From a virus (lineage: Duplodnaviria > Caudoviricetes): a DNA stretch of 64,000 nucleotides. Position 1 is the stretch's first letter; each line of letters starts with the position of its first letter. Under the pieces are notes generated by a model that made no database searches, was not told the DNA's origin, and worked only from the letters and a program-made list of their open reading frames with translations. Of the stretch, positions 9,305 through 16,462 are shown one piece after another. The position numbers and the translations under genes were made by a program. Location: positions 2,753-66,752 of the IMG/VR virus record IMGVR_UViG_3300021399_000159; one strand, written 5' to 3'.

Positions 9305-9531
9305 GCTAACTCCGCCGGCCGCGAATTGTATACAGTATTCTTCAAAATAAATGCTTGACTTCTGATAAAATTTCTGATATACTATATATGTCAGGTGAGG
9401 GGAAGAGGTTCTCCGAGGGCGAAAAAAACTTTGAAAAAAAGTTTGAAAAACCCTTGACAGCCATCCTAAAATCTGATATAATAAATACGAAAATAGGAAG
9501 GACACCTCACAAACCAGAAAGGGTTACCACT

Positions 9532-9858
9532 ATGAAGAAACTGTCTCTCGTTGCTATCAAGAACGCTCTGGTTGGATTCGGTTATGCGGACGAAGCTATC
9601 CTTGCCGAACTGGACAAGGAAATCACCAAGGGTGAAGCGCAGAAAGCAAAGAACGCCGAAGCCTACGATGCCATCCATGACATCGTAATGGGTGCTCTGA
9701 CTTCCGCTCCTGCGACTGTCGCCGAGATTTGGGATGCGATCGAGGATGAAGTCCCCGAAGGCATCACCAAGGGTAAGGTTCAGTACGCTCTGACCCACCT
9801 CTGGAGCGATGAAATCGTCAAGGTTGAGGGCAAGCCGAATGGCTATCGGAGGGCGTAA
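9532..9858 (+). CDS. Winged-helix DNA-binding protein, paralog 4
   Basis: TVAEIWDAI...TKGKVQYALTHLWSDEIVKVEGKPNGY; shared leader. Confidence 0.75.
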   Translation: MKKLSLVAIKNALVGFGYADEAILAELDKEITKGEAQKAKNAEAYDAIHDIVMGALTSAPATVAEIWDAIEDEVPEGITKGKVQYALTHLWSDEIVKVEGKPNGYRRA

Positions 9859-9986
9859 GCCCTCCACCTCGCAGAAGTCCTTTGGCAGTATGCCCAGTTC
9901 TGCATTATCAAAAGCGAGAAACTGCCCACCACGAGGGTTTCCGAGGGTCTTTCAGTGTGGTTAAACAACATAAGCCCTCTTTTTAT

Positions 9987-10100
9987 GGGAAGCGTCAGTG
10001 GCATCAGGGAAGCCACCGAGGTAAACCCAAAAGGTGATCTCGCAGTGGGACAGTTGCAAAAATGGGGCCCACAGGAGTTCAATTCTCCCGCTTTCCACCA
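9987..10100 (+). ncRNA. tRNA-like RNA (114 nt) with Ala identity elements, non-canonical anticodon arm
   Basis: Acceptor GGGAAGCG/CGCTTTCC (G3.U70), discriminator A, encoded CCA, T-arm GGAG-TTCAATT-CTCC, three internal stems. Confidence 0.65.
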
Positions 10101-10306
10101 ACATTACCTTATATCCTTTCCTTCCTTCCTTCGCCCACCGCTTGCGGTGGGCTTCTCTTTTATTGCACATTGTATACAGGATACGGCGGCCGGCCGCAAA
10201 TTTGTACATACAACAATGTATACAAATAAAATTTAAAATAATGCTTGACAAATCCCAAAACATAGATTATAATATATATGAAATCAGAAAGGAAAGGTGA
10301 TTTAAG

Positions 10307-10657
10307 ATGGCTAAAGTTACTAAGACCCAGAACGATAAGTCCCTTCGTGATCTTGTTTTCTCTGAACTGTTTGAGGGCAATGATACCAAATACGACTTCG
10401 TGCGTATCAATGACCGCCAGTATGGTGTTATCCTTACTGACCTTAATGGGCATCAGCGCTATGTCCGTATCGGTGCTATCGTTGCCGAAGAGCGTGATGA
10501 TATGACTGCTAAGGAACTGATGCAGTCCGAGATTGATACCTACAATCAAAAGCAGGCAGACAAGGCAGAGAAAGCCAAAGCGAAGGAAAAGAAGATCGCC
10601 AAAGACAAGGCTCGGCGCGAAGCCGAAGCCAAAGCAAAGGAAGGTGAACAGGCATGA
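10307..10657 (+). CDS. Hypothetical protein with Lys/Ala-rich tail (related to 5134..5541)
   Basis: ORF track; RBS; own promoter. Confidence 0.75.
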   Translation: MAKVTKTQNDKSLRDLVFSELFEGNDTKYDFVRINDRQYGVILTDLNGHQRYVRIGAIVAEERDDMTAKELMQSEIDTYNQKQADKAEKAKAKEKKIAKDKARREAEAKAKEGEQA

Positions 10658-10911
10658 CACTTGAATGGAATGTTCCTATGGTTGTAGATTATCCCGAGGA
10701 TGATTTAACAGATATTATCAAGTCCGTGCAGGAACACGGGTGGGATGAAGAAAAGGTTATTGCTTACATCAATGACACGGTGTCAGGCTTTGAAGATGGT
10801 ATTTATTATAACTGGGGTCGCGAGCAGACCATGGCAGTGGTAAATGAAATCAAACATCGTATTGGTGGAATCCAGCTTTCGATGTTTGACGAAGAAGTTA
10901 GCGTAAGCTAA
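10654..10911 (+). CDS. Hypothetical protein
   Basis: ATGA overlap with upstream gene. Confidence 0.75.
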   Translation: MTLEWNVPMVVDYPEDDLTDIIKSVQEHGWDEEKVIAYINDTVSGFEDGIYYNWGREQTMAVVNEIKHRIGGIQLSMFDEEVSVS

Positions 10912-11008
10912 CTTCGGCCGGCCGCAAGATTTAATACAATTGTAACAATTTACCCCTTGACTTTCACTACAGATATGATATAATAGTTACGAAAGGAAGG
11001 GATATGAG

Positions 11009-11443
11009 ATGACTAAACTTCAGGCTATTCGTGAGTTCGCAGACTTCCTCGCAGAAGGACACACTATTATTGCCCGTGATCGTTGCGATAATGGAAACTG
11101 GGCGATGGATATAGATGGCACAAGTCCTCGGTTGAAACTGCCAAAAGATTTTGAATATCGGGATGAAGCGGATAAAGCTTTCCGCAAAGATTTTACAGCA
11201 CGTTGCCCCATTGCTAAAGGGTTTGCCGATATAACGCTTACCATTCTTCATGAGTTCGGGCATTGGTATAACCGCAATATCATGAACATTGTGGTTTATG
11301 AAGATTTAGTTAAAAGCGAAGAAAACTATTTCGCTAACCCCTATGAGGTACTTGCTACGCAATGGGCAATTTGTTGGCTTCTGTGCCCCGCAAATCGGCA
11401 GATTGCAAAGGACTTTGAAAAGAAGTATTTCGGGCGCGCCTAA
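11009..11443 (+). CDS. HExxH zinc-metallopeptidase-like protein
   Basis: LHEFGH motif with downstream PYE..A third-ligand Glu. Confidence 0.7.
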   Translation: MTKLQAIREFADFLAEGHTIIARDRCDNGNWAMDIDGTSPRLKLPKDFEYRDEADKAFRKDFTARCPIAKGFADITLTILHEFGHWYNRNIMNIVVYEDLVKSEENYFANPYEVLATQWAICWLLCPANRQIAKDFEKKYFGRA

Positions 11444-11542
11444 GGCGCCGGCCCGCAAATTTAACAGAATCTTAACAATTTTGTAGTTGACTTGTAACAT
11501 AATATCTGATATAATGAGTGTGTTGAAAGGGAGGAAAGAGAA

Positions 11543-11689
11543 ATGGCGAAGCAGAAGAAAGTCAAGACTAACGTTGAAATCTTTATGGGAACTCGGAAAT
11601 CTTGGGGTAATGTAAACCCCGTAACTCGTGTGATTCCAGACAAACGATTTAAGAAACCGAAGTACAAGGGAAAGGAGTTTGATGACTAA
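11543..11689 (+). CDS. Small basic protein (48 aa)
   Basis: GGAGG RBS; own promoter; Lys-rich. Confidence 0.7.
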   Translation: MAKQKKVKTNVEIFMGTRKSWGNVNPVTRVIPDKRFKKPKYKGKEFDD

Positions 11690-11955
11690 TGAAAGTATAT
11701 GAAGTAGTTGAATATATAACCGAGGACTTCAAAGAAGATGGAGTTCACGGCGAGAACGCAAGCGGTATGTATTCCTCTATTGATAAGGCAAGACAGGCAA
11801 CCCTTGACCGTATTGCGGAAGAATATACAAAAGAAGAAATCTCTGCAATGAATATTCCCGATGATTGGGAATATTTAGAAGTCCCAGAAAATGAATGGAC
11901 TGCAAGTTGTACCTATATCATTTATAGTTATGAATTAGATGGGAGGATTGAATAA
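11689..11955 (+). CDS. Acidic hypothetical protein (paralog of 9056..9304)
   Basis: See 9056. Confidence 0.75.
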   Translation: MKVYEVVEYITEDFKEDGVHGENASGMYSSIDKARQATLDRIAEEYTKEEISAMNIPDDWEYLEVPENEWTASCTYIIYSYELDGRIE

Positions 11956-11956
11956 T

Positions 11957-12133
11957 ATGAATACTTGCCCCGATTGCCCCGATTATGAACTTGAAATGTA
12001 CGAACATTATGATGAATATAAGGACGATATTTTGCTCCAAGAACAGCACTTTGAATGTCCTCATTGCCACCGCACCTTCGCCCGCAATGTGTGGTATAAG
12101 ATGGATGGAATCGTATGGCTTGACGAAGAATAA
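11957..12133 (+). CDS. Zn-ribbon small protein
   Basis: CPDC...CPHC; similar to the next gene. Confidence 0.7.
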   Translation: MNTCPDCPDYELEMYEHYDEYKDDILLQEQHFECPHCHRTFARNVWYKMDGIVWLDEE

Positions 12134-12146
12134 GGAGGAATCATAA

Positions 12147-12338
12147 ATGAAATGCCCTAAATGTGGAACGCAACTTATATATGAAGATCTTTTGGACGAA
12201 TACTATGATTCAGAAGTACACGATGAAAAATGGCGTGTATTATGCCCAGCGCAAGGATGCAACTTTGAAGGAAAATTATGGCAAAATTATCGTCTTGAAA
12301 GTGAGGAATTGGTAACCGATGAAGAAAGTGATAATTAA
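12147..12338 (+). CDS. Zn-ribbon small protein
   Basis: CPKC...CPAQGC; GGAGG RBS. Confidence 0.7.
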   Translation: MKCPKCGTQLIYEDLLDEYYDSEVHDEKWRVLCPAQGCNFEGKLWQNYRLESEELVTDEESDN

Positions 12339-12582
12339 ACGTCTTACCTATTACGCACCGCACACGGGCGAGACCATGTACGGGGCGGAAGAATATGATG
12401 CCCACCTGTCCGATGCCAATATCTTAGGCACAATCCATGAGGTAGGCAAAACCATATGGATTGGCGAGACATTGTGGCTTCTGGTAGAAGATGAGCCCAC
12501 TTACCGCATTGATGTAGAACGTTTCTACCAATATACAAAGTCATGGTTTGACTTGCTTATAGATGCAGTTAGGCGTGCCTAA
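12319..12582 (+). CDS. Hypothetical protein
   Basis: ORF track; last gene before inverted element. Confidence 0.7.
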   Translation: MKKVIIKRLTYYAPHTGETMYGAEEYDAHLSDANILGTIHEVGKTIWIGETLWLLVEDEPTYRIDVERFYQYTKSWFDLLIDAVRRA

Positions 12583-12694
12583 CTGCGGCCGGCCATTTTG
12601 GCCGGCTCATTTTTATATCTAGCCGGCCGCCCAACTCCACCTTCTCCCCCAGTATATCATACCACGCCCGAGCGCGCAAGTCAAGCAGGAAATT

Positions 12695-12743
12695 ATTACA
12701 AAATTGTTAAATTTCTATTACATTTCTGTTACATTTCTGTTAC
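12695..12743 (-). repeat. Tandem 11-bp repeats (GTAACAGAAAT-like, 4-5 copies, minus strand)
   Basis: Minus strand reads GTAACAGAAAT GTAACAGAAAT GTAATAGAAAT TTAACAATTTT GTAAT. Confidence 0.8.
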
Positions 12744-12819
12744 GCTACCTGTAATATGTCAGAGCCTTATCCTATAAGCCTTTCCGGCCTGTCAAATATG
12801 TATACAGTATACACCCCTA

Positions 12820-13320
12820 TATAAGCTGCATCTATAAGCTGGATAAGCTGCGCCGGCCCCTTATATTTCAAGGCTCCCACGAGCTGGAAGCTGGGTCTTA
12901 TGCCGGCGAGCTGGATACTGTATACAAGCTGGACGAGCTGGGTTTGTATCCTGTATACAGCGGTAAGCTGCGCGCTAGGAAGCTGCGTTATCGCCCCGAG
13001 ATTTTAATCGAGAATTTTTGGATTGAATAAATATTCGGAAGCTGCTTCCGGAAAATTAACCATACCAATTTTTGGCTTGCGACAAGCTGCGCTATTCGGC
13101 CCACAATCGGAAGCATCGCGAGCTGGCGCAAGCCGTTTCTCCGTCATCGTGGAAAATCGGGAATCCGCTCCAGAAAACCCAAAAAATTTTTTTAAAAAAT
13201 TTTTTTCAAATACTTGACAAGCTGCAAAATTTCGTGTATAATATTAATGTAAGGAGGAGAGAGAGATGAGACGAGCCTACGTTGTGGTTGGCCTTAATCC
13301 AGAAACCAACGAGCTGGAAC
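12820..13320 (+). repeat. Cluster of (A/G)AGCTG hexamers
   Basis: About 14 same-strand copies in ~500 bp of mostly non-coding DNA. Confidence 0.7.
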
Positions 13321-13436
13321 AAATGTTTGGCGCCTGTCATACGATGAACCGCGCCGAGGAAATATGTTTGGAAGCTGAAACTGAAAATCCTGAGCTGATT
13401 TTCTGCTGGTATGAAGTAGTAGAGGAGGATGATTGA
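13266..13436 (+). CDS. Small acidic protein (56 aa)
   Basis: GGAGG RBS; promoter 13215-13243. Confidence 0.7.
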   Translation: MRRAYVVVGLNPETNELEQMFGACHTMNRAEEICLEAETENPELIFCWYEVVEEDD

Positions 13437-13437
13437 T

Positions 13438-13629
13438 ATGGAAACTCGCACCTATTATTTCCCGTCTAACCGCATTGGCCGCTACATTCTCAATTATCTG
13501 ATTGATCGCGTCGGTTGCTCCATCGGCGATATCCACAAGGTCGCCGATACTATCGCTGTCCCGATTACCGTACAGAAGAAGGACGTAGTTAAGGTTGAAC
13601 GCATCCTTCAAATGTATGATTTAATCTAA
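13438..13629 (+). CDS. Hypothetical protein
   Basis: GAGGAGG RBS; ORF track. Confidence 0.7.
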   Translation: METRTYYFPSNRIGRYILNYLIDRVGCSIGDIHKVADTIAVPITVQKKDVVKVERILQMYDLI

Positions 13630-13750
13630 CTAATATTTGACTTTCAGTCAAATTTAGAGTATAATAAAGATGTTCCAAGAGAACAAAAGAAAAATTTTGA
13701 CAGTTAGCGGTCTGTCGTAAATTACAAAACCGTGTGTAAAAGGAGGAAAT

Positions 13751-14236
13751 ATGACGAATTCTGAAATCCTATCCACCATTCTTGCGATGCCCGGTGCCTA
13801 GATGTGCCGCGTCAACAAGACCAATTTTGTTGCCATCCCCACTGAAGATGGCTATGCCAAGGTTGCTATTGGTACTGCCCTGGCAAAAGACACCAAGGCC
13901 CACAAGGCGTTCAACTTTGACGCCGCTACCGCCGAATATAAGGCTTGGGAAGCTGAAGCTGCTCTCCGTGTCGCCGAGCGTGCGAACAAGCCCGTAAAGG
14001 TAAAGGGTCCCAATCCTGAAGCTGAAGCTCGCCGTCAGGCACTCGATGCTCAGGTTGCTAGTCTACCTTCCTTCACTGACTATACCGCCACTGACATTCT
14101 AAATGCGCTGGCTGGTAAGGTCGCAGAGAACGTAACCGTTATGGCAGTTGGTTCCAGCGCGCAGCGTCTAGTTGAGCAGGGTCTACTCACTATGACTCTG
14201 GATGAGAAGAAAAAGAAGCACTATACCAAGGGTTAA
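13751..14236 (+). CDS. Protein with C-terminal winged-helix-like domain (161 aa; TAG=Gln at codon 17)
   Basis: AGGAGG RBS precedes ATG 13751; in frame through TAG 13799 with tracked ORF 13802. Confidence 0.7.
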
Positions 14237-14239
14237 TTA

Positions 14240-14268
14240 GAAGCGGCTATGCCGCTTCTTTTTTTATA
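14240..14268 (+). terminator. Intrinsic terminator
   Basis: AGAAGCGGC-TAT-GCCGCTTCT + T run. Confidence 0.8.
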
Positions 14269-14415
14269 CAACAAAATTGTATACAGGATACAATTATATT
14301 AAATTAAATTTTTAAATAAAAATTTTTTATTTAAATTTAAAAAAATTTTTTTTAAAAAATATTTGACAAAAAATAAATTTTCTGATATAATATTTATAGA
14401 AAGGGGAGAGGAAGA

Positions 14416-14658
14416 ATGAAGTATTGGGCGCTGGATTATGTTAATGGTAGAGATGGTGAATGTGAGCTGGTATATAATGATCAGCTTTACGCAACTGAGG
14501 CAGATGCTGCGGCCGCGCGTGAAGCCACTAAATGTCCTGACCTTTTTGATATTACATGGTACACCACAGCAGACCTGAGAGATACAGTATATTGTCTCGA
14601 AGCTGGCGAAGTTCTAGAAATTGATAAAGACCTTAAAGTACATATAATTCAGATGTAA
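14416..14658 (+). CDS. Hypothetical protein
   Basis: ORF track; RBS; promoter; terminator 14657-14685. Confidence 0.75.
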   Translation: MKYWALDYVNGRDGECELVYNDQLYATEADAAAAREATKCPDLFDITWYTTADLRDTVYCLEAGEVLEIDKDLKVHIIQM

Positions 14659-15019
14659 GGCAGCGCAAGCTGCCTTATTTTTTATTAAAATTGTATACAA
14701 GATACACAAGCTGCACAGCCGGGATTGTATACAGTATACATATACGACTGCGCGCAAGCTGGATACAAAATACAGACGAATTTCAATTTCATTTTCAATC
14801 GCTGCAATTTCATTTTCATCTATAATCTACTAGCCCGAAACCCCTCCCGCAATTTCATTTCCTATAATTCTCCCCCATTTCAGACGCATTTGATAATTTT
14901 TTCAGCCTAATACCTACCCGGGTATTAGCTGCATCGGGCGCAAAAGCCGAACTCTATCTATAATCCGATGAATAAGCCGATGTATCGGTATTGTGCGCAA
15001 AGGGATTTTTCGTGCAATC

Positions 15020-15243
15020 CCCCTTATCAGACGCATTTGTTATATATATATCAAATGCGCTTGAAACGGGGTACTAAAAATTTTTGTAATCGAATTTCAT
15101 ATTGCGCAGCTACGTTGCTATCTATTAAAATAAGCTGTATAAAATATCCTGTAAGTGGATTATCCGCAATATGAAAATTCGTCGTAGCTCCCTTATCGGG
15201 CGCATTTGTTATATATATATCAAACGCGTTCAAAAAGGGGGAC
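15020..15243 (+). repeat. Two ~50-bp imperfect direct repeats in non-coding region
   Basis: CCCTTATC..CGCATTTGTTATATATATATCAAA.GCG...GGG at ~15020 and ~15190; partial third copy at ~14874. Confidence 0.8.
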
Positions 15244-15564
15244 AAACATTATTTTTAATGATTTTTTTGAATAAGTTAAATATTTGACAAGTTATAATCC
15301 TATGTGATAAAATAGAAAAAAAGAGAAATTCATTAAGGAAAATACTTGACAAGCCGTAGAAATTGGCGCACGCCCATAAAATAGCCTCCAATTTTATTTT
15401 GATGGCACAAAATTATCCCCAGTATACTATATACCCCTCCCATCTTTAACCCCTACATTTTAATTTTATTTTCATTCCTATCTTTTTTCTATAGTTAGAA
15501 GTATAAGGTATGAAATCCCTTTACTACGAAATACCATCTTAGTACACCGAAGGAGGTGGAATTA

Positions 15565-15774
15565 ATGGATGTTATAAAAGCATTACAATATTTTACATCT
15601 GAAGATGGGCCGCATATTCCTATTAAAACTATTAGTATATATTGTGGTATAAATTATAATACAATGAAGGATTATATTAGAGAACGGTATAAACCACCAG
15701 AACATACACGTAAGCAAATAGAATAGGGACTTACAGAAATGATATAGGAGATGCATACTGAATGGCCTATATAA
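15565..15774 (+). CDS. Small HTH-like DNA-binding protein (69 aa; 2 TAG=Gln)
   Basis: AGGAGG RBS; IKTISIYCGINYNTMKDYIRE helix-turn-helix pattern; absent from track because of TAGs. Confidence 0.6.
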
Positions 15775-15998
15775 TTGATACGTATAATAAATGGGATAAA
15801 TGGGATCGTACCCATTCTGTTTATAAATTTACAATTAATGATAATTGGTATGCAATTAAGGAAGTTGAGCTAGAATGGGGTAAACCCATTTTGCCGCTAT
15901 CCGTTGAAAGAGACACATACACTGACTCATATTTTATTTTCGACTCATAGGAAAGCGCTATGGACTTTGTACGTAAGATGAAATCCCTTAACAGATAA
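15762..15998 (+). CDS. Hypothetical protein (78 aa; 1 TAG=Gln)
   Basis: Tracked ORF extends through TAG 15948 to TAA 15998. Confidence 0.65.
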
Positions 15999-16462
15999 CT
16001 CGAGAGAGCCGGAGCCGAAGGCGACGGCTCGAACGAAACGAAATTTGAGGGACGGACCCGCGCACGCGGGGCCGTGCCGAATAATTTCGTAACCCCTGTT
16101 TTATTTGTAAAGTTTCGGACTATAGGAAGAAGTAAGGCGGTTGCGCCCGATACCGCTAATTTCATTTTCATTTAAAATTATGCGGCCGAACCCGCATATC
16201 AACCTTCCAAGTCCCGAAACTTTCTATCTTTCAACTTTCGTACATGGACTGGGCGCACCTTCAAATTTTCATACACTATATCTATGGCAACTAAATTTTT
16301 TGTTACCATATATATTGTAGTTTCATTTTCATTCTCCATAATGGTATCGCTACAGTGATACTTTTGCGGCAATCCCACAACTAAATATTTGACACCTATA
16401 AAAAATTATGGTATATTTTTATTATAAAGAAATATACCTTATTTTTGTATGGAGGTATGCCT

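Larger units (their letters stand above)
261..12910. repeat. Dispersed intergenic cassette-boundary repeat (GCCGGC box +/- GTTAG-N6-CTAAC)
   Basis: About 30 intergenic GCCGGC hexamers (e.g. 263, 282, 512, 909, 1425, 2003, 2337, 3128, 3765, 4144, 4942, 5580, 6374, 6966, 7725, 8604, 9314, 10189, 10917, 11447, 12588), nearly all just upstream of a promoter. Confidence 0.9.

Noticed and set aside
2674-9858. Z-alpha (Z-DNA-binding) identity for the wHTH paralogs
   Set aside because: Topology is similar but the N-x-x-L-Y helix and P-P-x-W wing residues are missing.
9860-10100. Full-length tmRNA or canonical/suppressor tRNA
   Set aside because: The acceptor 5' strand lies only ~114 nt from CCA, leaving no room for a tag ORF; no 7-nt anticodon loop and no CUA anticodon.
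12568-12583. Canonical integron attC (GTTAGGC/GCCTAAC)
   Set aside because: Core and inverse core are adjacent and in the reverse order to attC, with no L boxes or 57-141-bp imperfect hairpin, and no IntI in the window. Kept only as an analogy.
261-12910. CRISPR array
   Set aside because: Repeats are short, degenerate and separated by promoters and genes of 300-1,500 bp, not 30-40-bp spacers; no cas genes.
15020-15243. DGR template/variable repeat pair
   Set aside because: Both copies are non-coding, mismatches are not adenine-specific, and no RT was seen.
14968-15245. ORFs in the repeat region (14968-15174, 15051-15245) and 13023-13269
   Set aside because: No RBS; they are made of repeat or low-complexity DNA.
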